From Octopus sinensis (lineage: Eukaryota), in NCBI RefSeq assembly GCF_006345805.1, contig NC_043023.1, positions 4,836,001-4,900,000 on the forward strand: 64,000 nucleotides of DNA, in the 5' to 3' direction. The notes beneath the pieces were generated by a model, which was given only the letters and a program-made list of their open reading frames with translations, made no database searches and was not told where the DNA came from. The position numbers and the translations under genes were made by a program. Shown here one piece after another: positions 12,471-24,697 of this stretch. Position 1 is the stretch's first letter; each line of letters starts with the position of its first letter.

Positions 12471-13089
12471 CAGTCTTCTTTCAGTTTCCATCCCCCAAAT
12501 CCACTCACAAGGTTTTCTTGCCCAAGGTGCTATGCAATGGGACTGAACCTGGAACTATGTGGTTGGGAAGCAAGCTTCTTACCACACAGCCATGCCTGTG
12601 CCAATGTGTTTGAGTTTGTCTCCTTAAGGTCACCTTTCATAAAAACTGTCATATGTATTTGAAGAATTGGGGGAAATGTTACCGTTCTTTGAAACAGACA
12701 AGAAGAAACTGCTCCAACGAGTTTCTTCTGACCCATGCAAGCATGGAAAAATAAATATTAAAAGGACTTTTATGGTGATGGTCCAGGTTCACTTCATTCT
12801 GTTCCTAGTCTCTTTAATTGCCACCACCACCCTTACACACTCACACAGGCCAATATTATCTCTTTTACCTTTTTTCAGTCATTATAATGTGGCCATGCTG
12901 GGGCACTACCTTGAAATTTTAATCGAATGAATCGCCCCAATGCATTTTTCTTTTAAGCCTAGTACTTATTCTATCGGTCTCTTATGCCAACGCACTAAAT
13001 TACAGGGATGTAAACAAACCAGCACTGGTTGTCAATTGGTGGTGGAACACACACACATACATACACTGATGTGTAAATATATATATATA

Positions 13090-13490
13090 GGCGCAGGAGT
13101 GGCTGTGTGGTAAGTAGCTTGTTTACCAACCACATGGTTCTGGGTTCAGTCTCACTGCGTGGCACCTTGGGCAAGTATCTTCTACTATAGCCTTGGGCTG
13201 ACCAAAGTCTTGTGAGTGGATTTGGTAGATGTAAACTGAAAGAAGCCCATCGTATATATGTATATATATATATGTGTGTTTGTGTGTCTGTGTTTGTGCC
13301 CCTAGCATTACTTGACAACCGATGCTGGTGTGTTTATGTCCCCGTCACTTAGCGGTTCGGCAAAAGAGACCGATGGAATAAGTACTGGCCTTACAAAAGA
13401 ATAAGTCCCAGGGTCGAGTTGCTCGATTAAAAGCGGTGCTCTAGCATGGCCGCAGTCAAATGACTGAAACAAGTAAAAGAGAGAGAGAAA
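13090..13490 (+). mobile_element. Full-length SINE family 1 (tRNA-like head, internal TA/TG microsatellite)
   Basis: GGCGCAGGAGTGGCTGTGTGGTAAG...GGGTTCAGTC head; GCATGGCCGCAGTCAAATGACTGAAACAAGTAAAAGA tail. Further copies at about 14600-15010(-), 31245-31635(+), 31980-32330(+), 42110-42500(-), 44660-45080(-), 57315-57680(+), 57893-58250(+), 58378-58470(+). Confidence 0.9.
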
Positions 13491-13493
13491 AGA

Positions 13494-13534
<41 letters not shown>

Positions 13535-14007
13535 TACACAATGGGATTCTTTTAGTTTCCATCTACCAAATCCACTCACAAGGCTTTGGGTAGAACTGAG
13601 CCCAGAACCATGTGTTTGGGAAGCAAGCTTCTTACTACACACCCACACCTGCACCTATAAACATTTAAACATTTTTCCCCCTGAGACCATTTTCAGTCCC
13701 CCAGAGTGAGTGAAGTACACTGATAAAAAAAACATATAATGAAATTTTATGCGGAACATAAAAAGCACTGTTCAAGCTTTGGACCTCACAGAGACAGTGA
13801 CAGGTGACCGAGACCTTTGGCGATATACCATGCTCATGTAGACCTGATCAGCCAATGCTGGTGTCACATAAGTGGCACCTGTGCCAGTGGCATGTGAAAA
13901 GCACCCACTACACTCTTGGAGTGGTTGGCGTTAGGAAAGGCAGCGAGCCGTAGAAACCATGCCAAATCAGATTGGAACTTAGTGCAGCTCTCTGGCTAAC
14001 CAGTTCT

Positions 14008-14241
14008 TATTTCTTTATTGCCCACAAGGGGCTAAACACAGAGGGGACAAACAAGGACAGACAAAGGAATTAAGTCAATTACATCAACCCCAGTGTGTAA
14101 CTGGTACTTAAATAATCGACCCCGAAAGGATGAAAGGCAAAGTCAACCTCGGCAGAATTTGAACTCAGAACGTAACAGCAGATGAAATACCACTAAGCAT
14201 TTCGCCCTATGTGCTAACGTTTCTGCCAGCTCGCCACCCTA
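14008..14241 (-). mobile_element. SINE family 2 copy with 11-bp TSD, inside an RTE-tail element
   Basis: TAACCAGTTCT at 13997-14007 and 14242-14252 flanks the SINE2 sequence. Confidence 0.85.
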
Positions 14242-14458
14242 TAACCAGTTCTGTCAAACCATTTGACCCAGGCCAGCATGGAAAATGGATGTTAAATGAT
14301 GATGATGAAACTGAATCCAAGCCCAACGAATACAAAGTGAAAATGTTAACCACATGCATGCATGCTCTGGATGCGTTTGATAATGACAACCATCACAGGA
14401 GAGGGTGCCATGTCTTCACCAATGTTAAAGAGTTTACACTGTTTTCATTCATTCAAAG

Positions 14459-14494
14459 TAATGAAGTTGATAGAAGAGAAATAAAAAGAACCAG
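14459..14494 (+). CDS. PARN: Candidate 36-nt PARN exon, phase 2 to 2
   Basis: TTCATTCAAAG acceptor, CAG/GTGATA donor (weak). Encodes NEVDRREIKRT and is frame-neutral between 2233 and 17272. Confidence 0.3.
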
Positions 14495-17271
14495 GTGATA
14501 GGGAAGGTGGTAATGAGAGAGAGATGGGGACAGGCAGCTACACACTGGTTGTTGGTATGGCACTTGAATAGAAAAGCAGTTAGAGAAAGAATATGTAAGC
14601 CCAGCAACAATTCTTACTCTTTTACTTGTTTCAGTCATTTGACTGTGGCCATGCTGGAGCACTGCCTTTAGTCGAGCAAATCGACCCCAGGACTTATTCT
14701 TTGTAAGCCTAGTACTTATTCTATCGGTCTCTTTTGCCAAACCGCTAAGATACGGGTATGTAAACACACCGTCATCAGTTGTCATGCGATGTTGGGTGGA
14801 CAAACATAGACACACAAACATATACATACATGCATACATATATATATACAACGGGCTTCTTTCAGTTTCCGTCTACCAAATCCACTCACAAAGCCTTGGC
14901 CGGCCTGAGGCTATAGTAGAAGACACTTGCCCAAAGTGCCACACAGTGGGACTGAACCCAGAACCGTGTGGTAGGTAAGCAAGCTACTTACCACACAGCC
15001 ACTCCTACGCCTTGTTATTAACTCTTTCAGAAAACTGGGGAGAATTTGAAGAAATTAGGTGTTAATCTCCCAAAGTTAATTTCCATGCTTAGAGAGTAAT
15101 TTGAATATAGATGTTGGCAAGATATACTCTCTGCCCTAACCTGGAGTCCTTTGCTAGCTTCTCCATCTCTACAGTCTTTCTTGATGCTGCTAATGATGCT
15201 ACAGGGTCTTAGACACTCCCCTCCCTCTACTTCTATTAATTTGTTATCACAGAACCAGATTGCTTGGCCACACAAACGACTCTCCCATATTCCCCTCCTG
15301 CACCCTCTCCCCTTTCATGTAAAGCAACAACACAGTTGGACAAAGGTGATGGATGGAAATCACGTGATATTAATAATAATAAAAATAATTTCTCTTAATT
15401 ATAATAACTGATTTGCATTCACATTACTGTGTCAAATGTGATGTTTGTTTATTTGCATTGTTTTCAACTAATCGTTTACCATGTTGTAGCTTTGAGATTT
15501 CAATGATGTGAGATGGGATTGTACATTTTCAAAATGACATTGTAGGGTAGGTGTGAGAGGCAGGATCTGGCCAGTTTGAACATAAAACAGATTGAATAAT
15601 TGGGCCGGATATAACCAGATTAAATGCTAAAGGGTTAATATAATAATAATGATGAAAGTGGTCACTTCCGTTGATTTCGAAACATGAGTGTTTGAAGGAG
15701 AGGATAATAATAATAATAATAATTAATAATAGTCCTGATGTAGTACCAGGCACTGGCTCTCATGGCTTCTGATCTTAACTGATTGGAAGTGTTATGTGCA
15801 TGTTTTTTCTTAATATAAAAGATACAGCAAATATTCTGCTCAATAGCACAGATTTGCTTGTCAGTTGCTTGACCATAACCAGCTGAACATGTTGTTTAGT
15901 GGTTGACAATATGTGCATCTCGGATCGCAAGCAGAAACAGTTGGGGAGCATCGTAGCCATGTGTTGAGAGGGATTCTTTGGGATTTGAATAATTAACTTC
16001 TGGAAACAAGAGTGTTTCATTCATCATCCTTAAACAAACCTTAATAAGGGATCTTTCGAGAGAGATGGGCTACTCGACCTGAAGAGAATTCTAACTGGAC
16101 CCCTCCTACAAGGTCATGTGCTGGTTATCTTGATATGAGATGACCGTGTTGCGTGCACATGGTTGTAATGCATGTGCCTGGTTTCAGACAGGTAGTTACG
16201 ATGGGTTTATTGGGCTTCATATATTTGTATCCCATGCACTGCTCTCTCACTCACTGTTTCATTGACTATAAACATGATTGCATTGTTGCTGTGATGGTGA
16301 TGGTGTTATTGGTGTTGAGTCTGTAAGCTTTGTGAGCAAAACTTGAGTCGGACAAAACTATGTAGAAGCTTGTCATGAGCTGGACCTGAGTCAAAGAGCT
16401 CTGCATTGACTCACATATGTTCTATTGAGTCTGCCTGAAGGTTACATTAATGGTTCACTAATCTGTAGAATACTCAACCACTTGCATTGTGTGTGTGTGT
16501 GTGTGTGTATGAAATCTATATGAACCCAAGCAACACCACCAACTCCATACTGCTATTTAATTAACACTCATTAACACTGTAATTAATGTTCAGTTAAAAC
16601 TGTTATAATAACAACTTTTATTTTTTCCGTTATTACTTTTTTGTGCAGAAATTTACAAATGTTTATTAACTGTTTAATTAACATGTATTATTATTATTGT
16701 TGTAATCAAAAGGCAAGCTGGCAGAATCGTTAGCATGCCGAGCAAAATGCTTAGAGGCATTTTATCCATCTTTACGTTATGAGTTCAAATTCTACTGAGG
16801 TCGATTTTGCCTTTCTTCTTTTCGGGGTCAATGAAATAAGTACCACTCAAGCAATGGGCTTGATTTAATCGACTAGCCCCTTTCCCCAAAATTTCAGGTC
16901 TTGTGCCTATAGTAGAAAGGATTGTTAATATTATTATCATTACTATTATTATTATTATTATTATTATTAAGCTGGAGAGCTGGCAGAATTATTAGCATGC
17001 TGGGAAAATGCTTAGTAGCTTTTCATCTGTCTTTACATTCTGAGTTCAAATTCTGCCAGGTTTGACTTTGCCTTTTATCCTTTCAGGGTCGATAAATTAC
17101 CAGTGGAGTACTGGCACCTGGGGTAGGAGGTCTAGATATGATTTATCATGGGCTATATTGGAGGACTGCAGTGGGACGTGGACATGTTGTACACTTTCTG
17201 CTGGTGTACGCAACTAACCTCTCTCTCCAAATTTATGCTTTTGTTAGAAAGTGTCATTGTTTCTGTTACAG

Positions 17272-17375
17272 TCGAGAAAGCAGTGCCAATCCAAGAACTG
17301 GATCTTCCAGACCGGATGAGCTGAAGAGACGCCTGTCTGAAGAATCTCCTAATGACGATTGGACATCCAAAGAAA
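17272..17375 (+). CDS. PARN: PARN penultimate coding exon, phase 2 to 1
   Basis: TTTCTGTTACAG acceptor, GTGAGT donor. The only open frame is RESSANPRTGSSRPDELKRRLSEESPNDDWTSKE; it joins 2233 and 20621 in frame. Confidence 0.75.
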
Positions 17376-17388
17376 GTGAGTTCAAGCT

Positions 17389-17425
<37 letters not shown>

Positions 17426-17447
17426 TTCATTATATACATATATATAT

Positions 17448-17478
<31 letters not shown>

Positions 17479-17508
17479 GCATACATATATATACATATAT
17501 ATGCATAC

Positions 17509-17555
<47 letters not shown>

Positions 17556-17829
17556 CATGTGTGCGTGTATATGTTTGTGTGTCTCTGTTTGTCCCCCCAA
17601 CATCGCTTGACAACCGATGCTGGTGTGTTTACATCCCCGTAACTTAGCGGTTCGGCAAAAAGAGACTGATAGAATAAGTACAAAGCTTACAAAGAATAAG
17701 TCCTGTGGTCGATTTGCTCAACTAAAGGCGGTGCTCCAGCATGGCCGCAGTCAAATGACTGAAGCAAAAGAAAAGAAAGTAAAAGAAATATATATTGTAA
17801 GTAGGCATTAAAAATTGGTAATAAAATCC

Positions 17830-18200
17830 AAATTCCTTTTCCAAATTTCTTGAAACCAAGGGTACATGTTCTTTATTACATGGGAAAATGAAAGTAAATC
17901 TTCATATTTCAACATAAGCACCTCAAATGGCCCCAGGGATGGAATGAACGACCTTCTGAAGGACATCATCTGGGATATCATTAAGAACTTCCTGAATCCA
18001 TGTCTCCAAGTCCTCAAGTGTGCAAGGTTCTGTCCTGTACACCTCCTCTTTTGTGTAACCCCACAGGTAAAAATCCCAGGGAGTGAGATCTGGACTTCTG
18101 CAGTCACAGTCTTCAGGTTTTAGCTCCTGCACATAATGGGGTTTCCACAGACGAAAATTCAATTCTTTATGCAACACTGTACAAATTAGGTGTCTTGTTA
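17830..18200 (-). mobile_element. Tc1/mariner transposase C-terminal relic (copy 1)
   Basis: RSPDLTPWDFYLWGYTKEEVY matches the SPDL-x-P-x-D-x-x-LWG motif around the third catalytic residue. Confidence 0.85.
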
Positions 18201-18459
18201 GTCCCCTTTCACAAGCTGTTTGATATGTTCATTTTTGTGGGCTGCAATTAAACATTTCCTGCACGCAGGAGTGGCTGTGTGGTAAGTAGCTTGTTTCCCA
18301 ACCACATGGTTCCGGGTTCAGTCCCACTGCGTGGCATCTTGGGCAAGTGTCTTCTGCTATAGCCCCGGGCCAACCAATGCCTTGTGAGTGGATTTGGTAG
18401 ACGGAAACTGAAAGAAGCCTGTCGTATATATGTGTGTGTTGTGTGTGTGTGTGTTTCAT

Positions 18460-18507
<48 letters not shown>

Positions 18508-18534
18508 TACATATATATACATATATATGCATAC

Positions 18535-18579
<45 letters not shown>

Positions 18580-18852
18580 CATGTGTGCGTGTATATGTTT
18601 GTGTGTCTCTGTTTGTCCCCCCAACATCGCTTGACAACCGATGCTGGTGTGTTTACATCCCCGTAACTTAGCGGTTCGGCAAAAGAGACTGATAGAATAA
18701 GTACAAAGCTTACAAAGAATAAGTCCTGTGGTCGATTTGCTCAACTAAAGGCGGTGCTCCAGCATGGCCGCAGTCAAATGACTGAAGCAAAAGAAAAGAA
18801 AGTAAAAGAAATATATATTGTAAGTAGGCATTAAAAATTGGTAATAAAATCC

Positions 18853-19223
18853 AAATTCCTTTTCCAAATTTCTTGAAACCAAGGGTACATGTTCTTTATT
18901 ACATGGGAAAATGAAAGTAAATCTTCATATTTCAACATAAGCACCTCAAATGGCCCCAGGGATGGAATGAACGACCTTCTGAAGGACATCATCTGGGATA
19001 TCATTAAGAACTTCCTGAATCCATGTCTCCAAGTCCTCAAGTGTGCAAGGTTCTGTCCTGTACACCTCCTCTTTTGTGTAACCCCACAGGTAAAAATCCC
19101 AGGGAGTGAGATCTGGACTTCTGCAGTCACAGTCTTCAGGTTTTAGCTCCTGCACATAATGGGGTTTCCACAGACGAAAATTCAATTCTTTATGCAACAC
19201 TGTACAAATTAGGTGTCTTGTTA
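18853..19223 (-). mobile_element. Tc1/mariner transposase C-terminal relic (copy 2, in the duplication)
   Basis: Same sequence as 17830-18200. Confidence 0.85.
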
Positions 19224-19618
19224 GTCCCCTTTCACAAGCTGTTTGATATGTTCATTTTTGTGGGCTGCAATTAAACATTTCCTGCACGCAGGAGTGGCTG
19301 TGTGGTAAGTAGCTTGTTTCCCAACCACATGGTTCCGGGTTCAGTCCCACTGCGTGGCATCTTGGGCAAGTGTCTTCTGCTATAGCCCCGGGCCAACCAA
19401 TGCCTTGTGAGTGGATTTGGTAGACGGAAACTGAAAGAAGCCTGTCGTATATATGTGTGTGTGTTTGTGTGTCTGTGTTTGTCCCCCTAGCATTGCTTGA
19501 CAACCAATGCTGGTGTGTTTACGTCCCCATCACTTAGCGGTTCGGCAAAAGAGACCGATAGAATAAGTACTGGGCTTACAAAAAATAAGTTCCGGGGTCG
19601 ATTTGTTCGACTAAAGGC

Positions 19619-19845
19619 AATCTATCTAGGGAGATAACCTTACAATAAATCACTGGGTCCGTAGCTTAGAAATACTGGGTTGACGTCCAGCGGGAACAGC
19701 TTTGTTTCATGGAGGAGGAAAGATCTTCTTTAGTACTTAGTTGTACAATGCTTTCCAATGTGTGTAGTAGTGGCGCGCGCACACATTATTAGCCATTTGA
19801 AAAGACTATGAAAGTCTCGACCACGGTCGAACAATGATGATGATG
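19619..19845 (+). mobile_element. Short retroposon with RTE-type tail inserted in a SINE1 copy
   Basis: Ends GTCTCGACCACGGTCGAACAATGATGATGATG, the same tail as 324-360(-). Flanked by AAAGGC/AAAGGT, and SINE1 resumes afterwards. Confidence 0.7.
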
Positions 19846-20620
19846 AAAGGTGGTGCTCCAGCATGGCCGCAGTCAAATGCCTGAAACGAGTAAAAGAGTA
19901 AAGAGAGAGTCCGCTATTGATTGGGATGTGGTTGGACAGTCACTTCTTGCATCATTCACAGAGCCTGTGGTCATCAGCATTGCTGAACAGTTTTTTTATC
20001 GTCCCCAGACATAGTGTTGCATGTTTACCTTTCCATGCATGCCACCACCTCTGAACCAAAACAATGGAATTCTACACTTCATAGCATGCTGCTATCTTAG
20101 CTCGCTCCTCAACAGTCAAGCAACCGGCCATCTGGAAAATAAGACAATAAGAAATCCCCCATTAGTGTTGTTACCCCGGGACTTATTCTTTGTAAGCCCA
20201 GTACTTATTTTTGCAGAACCGCTAAAAAATGTTTTTGTCATGACTTCAGTGATACTAAAATTTCTATAAGCTATATGTGGGGAGTGTCGGTAGGCGGGGA
20301 TGTGGGAGTGGGTGTAAGGGACGGGGTGGGGTATTATTATTTGGTGGCAAATAAATGAAATCATTATTATTTCCCCCTTTTTGGCCAGGCTCCCGTTGGC
20401 TTTTATGGGTTTTTCCCACCAGGAACCTTTCGTAACGCCTCCCCCTGTTGGGAGTTTTTTTCGTTGTTAAACTGCTTTTTCACTCGATGTTTTCACAAAC
20501 GGACAAAACCCTTTGTAACCTTTCGTCCTGTTTTGTCCCTTTATGTTTTAATTGATTTTTGTCAGCCCTTGTGGCCAATGAAATCATTATTATTATTATT
20601 ATTATTATTGCTTGTTTCAG

Positions 20621-20667
20621 GTAAACAGCCTGCAGTTCAGCTGTTTGAGAAAGATGATAACTGGTAG
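20621..20667 (+). CDS. PARN: PARN terminal coding exon
   Basis: CTTGTTTCAG acceptor. Encodes (S)KQPAVQLFEKDDNW*, matching the recalled PARN C-terminal motif LFEVPDTW*. Confidence 0.88.
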
Positions 20668-20719
20668 ATCATCTCCACGAAACTGGACCTGCTGCTACTA
20701 CAACTACTAATGCTGCCAC

Positions 20720-21437
20720 AACTACTACTATATGTGTTTCTGTGTGTGTGTGTGTGTATATATTTATATATATACACACACATATGTGGTTATATATGTG
20801 TGTGTATGTATATATATATATATATATCTATACACATACATATGTGGTTATATATGTGTATGTATATATATGTGTGTGTGTTAGTGTGCGTGTGTATATG
20901 TCGGTATACATATGTGTGTATATATTTGTGTATACATGTGTGTGTATATATGTTTATGTACATACATATATATAAATATGTATGTATATAAACATATATA
21001 CATACATACACACACACACATATATATATATAAGTATACATGTGTATGTGTGTGTATATGTATATATATATATATATATTTACATGCATACATATATGTA
21101 TGCAATGTATTTGTGTGTGTATATATTTACATACATCTACACTCACGCACTCACTCACAGATGTGTCTGTGTCCTGAAAAAAGAACAGAAAAATCTCTTG
21201 CATAGCCTTTGACCTTTCACCTCCTTTCTGTGTTTTTTGTATAATTTTTGGTTTATTTTTTTAAATTCCTGTTTCATCTTCGATATACATTGTCGCTATA
21301 TACATATTGTACACACAGGGACATGTACATATGTTCATGCGTGTATAAGTATTATTAATGTTGTTTGTGAGATGCAGAGATGCTTTGCATTTCCGAGAGA
21401 GAGTGTGTTTGTGTGTGTGTGTATATACATACGAGTA

Positions 21438-21479
<42 letters not shown>

Positions 21480-22030
21480 GAGTGTATATGTATGTACATA
21501 TATATATATATATATATATATAATATGTGTGTATATGTATATATATATATATATCTATACACATACATATGTGGTTATATATGTGTATGTATATATATAT
21601 ATACATAAGTATGTGTGTGTGTGTGTGTGTATGTATACATGCACATATATGTATGTGTGTATATACATGTATATATGTGTATATGTATGTATATATGTAT
21701 ATATATGTGTGTGTATGTATATATATATATATATATATGTGTGTGTATATGTATATATATATATATATGTGTGTGTATGTAGTTGGAATTTACATATATG
21801 TATATATATGTCTATGTATACATGTGTGTGTGTATATATATATATATACACACATGCATACACATATTAGTGCTTTTGTATGTATGTATATTTGTACCTG
21901 TGTGTGTGTGTATATTTGTATGTATGTGTGTGTATATATGTGTATATATTTACATATATATGATTATACGTTTGTGCCTGTATACATATGTGTATGCATG
22001 CACTCACACACACATATATACCCATGACTG
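20720..22030. repeat. About 1.3-kb compound (TA)/(TG)/(TATG) microsatellite, followed by (ATT)n to about 22200
   Basis: Direct reading. All ORFs here are low-complexity artefacts. Confidence 0.95.
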
Positions 22031-22166
22031 TTTGAACGTTTGTACAAGATGCATTTGTACTTGATTTTAATACAATTTTTTTAATCTTACTATGAAAGAC
22101 TATTATTATTGTTTTTATTATTATTACCACCATTATTATTATTATTATCATTATTATTATTATTGA

Positions 22167-22200
<34 letters not shown>

Positions 22201-22320
22201 GTCTCCTCCCTCCCTACAAACTACAATAAAAAACAAAAACAACCATAAGTGTTGTAAACCCCCTAAAAATCGACTTACATTTTTCTTTTTATTTTTCTAT
22301 TTTTTACTGTTTTTGGCTTT

Positions 22321-23515
22321 ACAGTGGGTATCCATTAAAGATTTCCCCTGACCGATTTTCGGTTATTGCAGGAAACGGAACTTGTACACATATAATCATA
22401 CATGTCTCTATTAGTCACATTGCAAATTGCAGCTTTCCCCTAGTATTCATTTGTCTTTTGAAGTGGACTAAGGTGTTATAACGGAGGCATTTGAATGTAG
22501 ATCAGGTTCTTATACTTGAAAAGTCGTACACCAAAAGAGACTTTTGATGAGATGAAAGAAGCTTATGGTTATGATGCATCATCATACGATGTAGTCAAGC
22601 ACAGGCATTGCCTGTTCAATGGGGCTGGACATCGGAGGGAAACTGCTCCTATTCCTGGACGACCACATTCCGCCATTGATGATGAAACCATCCATAAAGT
22701 GGCAGCCACCATTCTGGAGAATCACTGCATAACTCTTTAGCAACCAGCCCAAGGAATGAAGATAAGTGTAGGGTCCATGGAAAAAACCATTCATGACCCT
22801 TTGCACATGTGGAAGTTGTCTGCACAAGGAATTCTCTGGATGCTCACACCTTTTCAGAAGCAGGAACAAGTCAGTTTCTCCCAGGCTCTTTTGGAAATGT
22901 ACCAAGAAAATGAGGAGGACTTTTTTGGCAGACTTATCACACAGGATGCAACATGGGTCCATCAGTATGATCCTGAGACTAAAGTTCAGTAAAAACAATG
23001 GAAGCATGATAACTCACCACTCCCTCAGCAGGCAAGGTGATGCTCACAGTTTTTTGGGACCAGCTCAGAGTAGTGATGATGGATTTTCTGGCAACGGGTA
23101 CCACAATTAATGGGGCATATTATGCATCTCTACTACAGAAATTGCAGGATGCCTCCAAGACAACATCCCAGTTCACAATGTTCATGTTGCCCACATGAAA
23201 GCATACTCCTGCAGCTATGAAATCCTTCCTTATCCCCCTTACTCTCCTTATCTTGCACTGTCTGACTTCTGCCTCTTTGAAGGGGAAACACTTTTCGAAT
23301 GAGGATGATGGAACTTATTTCTGAGGTAAAGTCTTGGCTCCAGATGCAACCTACCAGCTTCTACAGCTGAGGTCTTCACATCTGCATAAAGGGATGGAAG
23401 AAGTGTGTCACCATTGATGGTGGCTATGTAGAGAAGGACTAACAATTATGAGAAGTTTTGTTTATCCCAGTCCTTGGGAAGTGGGTCAGGGGAAATTTTT
23501 ATTGAACACCCCTCA
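22321..23515 (+). mobile_element. Degraded mariner element with TIRs
   Basis: Transposase relics LITQDATWVHQYDPETK and PYPPYSPYLALSDF. Left end CAGTGGGTATCCATTAAAGATTTCCCCTGACC is the imperfect inverse of right end GGTCAGGGGAAATTTTTATTGAACACCCCTCA. Confidence 0.85.
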
Positions 23516-23529
23516 CACACACACATATA

Positions 23530-23747
23530 CGAGGGAATGCTGAAAGGTTTCTGGCTTTAAGGGTGTGGTGAAAAGCCTGGTTGGAGGCTTAACCTTCCGA
23601 GTTCTATTACAGGGCCTAGGAAAACTAAAGGGCTGCTGCAATAAGTGTGTGAATCTGAGAGGGGAATATGTTCAATAAAATCATAATTAACTGAACCTCC
23701 TGTATTTTCTTTTACCCAAAAGCCAGGAACTTTTCAGCATCCCCTTG
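23530..23747. mobile_element. 218-bp mariner-type MITE
   Basis: TIR CGAGGGAATGCTGAAAGGTTTCTGGCTTT / AAAGCCAGGAACTTTTCAGCATCCCCTTG, with TA on both sides. Confidence 0.85.
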
Positions 23748-24697
23748 TATCTATGTGTGTGTGTGTGTATATATATATACGCACACACACACACATGAGG
23801 AGGTGCTGAAAGGTTCCTCATGCAGGTGATGAATTTTTATGTATTTAAAAGGAAAATTGAAAATGTATAAAAGTACAAGTGTTTACTTCAAATACAGAAA
23901 CGGAAACAAAACTTTGTTCATTTAAGGCAGATTTTTTTCTGTATTTTCAAAATTTCTGCAGATTATTATACTTCATTCTTACTATTTTGGAGGGGTTTTT
24001 TGTGGGGTTTTTTAATGCTGTTTTTACTTAATACTTTGGCATTCAGATTCCTCTGTGAAATGTAATGCTTGTTTATTCACATTGTTTTGAATTTATCATG
24101 GATTATCTCATAGCTTCAAAATTTCAATGATGTGATTGTATATCATGAGAATGACATTGTAGGATAGATGTGAGAAGCTGGATCTGGCCAGTTTGAATAT
24201 AAAACAGATAGAAAATTTGGGTTGATGTAACCAGTTTCATCCCTTAGCAATCAGATTATTCTGTCAAATGTGATTCTTACTTATTCACATTGTTTTCAAG
24301 TAATCATGCATTATGTCATAGCATTGAGATTTCAATGATGTGATTGTTTATTATTGGAATGACATTGTTGGATAGGAGTGAGAGGCCAGATCTGACTGGT
24401 TTGAACATAAAACATTTGTTTGGCACGTAAAAGTACCCACTACATTCTCAGAGTGGTTGGCATTAGGAAGGACATCCAGCTGTAGAAGCATTGCCAGATC
24501 AGATTGGAGCCTGGTGCAGCCATCTGGTTCGCCAGACATCAGTCAAACCGTCCAACCCATGCCAGCATGGAAAACTGACGTTAAATGATGATGATGATGA
24601 ATAGGCTTCTTTAAGTTTCCATTTACCAAATCCATTGACAAGGCTTTGGTCAGCCCAAAGCTATAGTAGAACCATCTGGTTAGGAAGCAAGCTACTT

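Larger units (their letters stand above)
17390..19450. repeat. About 1.02-kb near-identical tandem duplication
   Basis: Identical ORF translations at an offset of 1023 (17808/18831, 17866/18889, 17923/18946). Visible differences are in microsatellites and one A-run. Confidence 0.95.

Noticed and set aside
15175-15205. Phase 1-to-2 segment FLDAANDAT that could bridge the PARN candidate exons
   Set aside because: The donor GTCTTA is very poor; there is no other support.
21159-21173. Minus-strand 15-nt microexon signature (TTTTCAG...GTGAGT)
   Set aside because: The donor derives from adjacent CA/CT repeat sequence, and no host gene was found on that strand.
20710-22351. Many ORFs rich in Y/I/C/V/H/T (also at 10799-11050 and 17138-18744)
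   Set aside because: Translations of TA/TG/ATT microsatellites; not genes.
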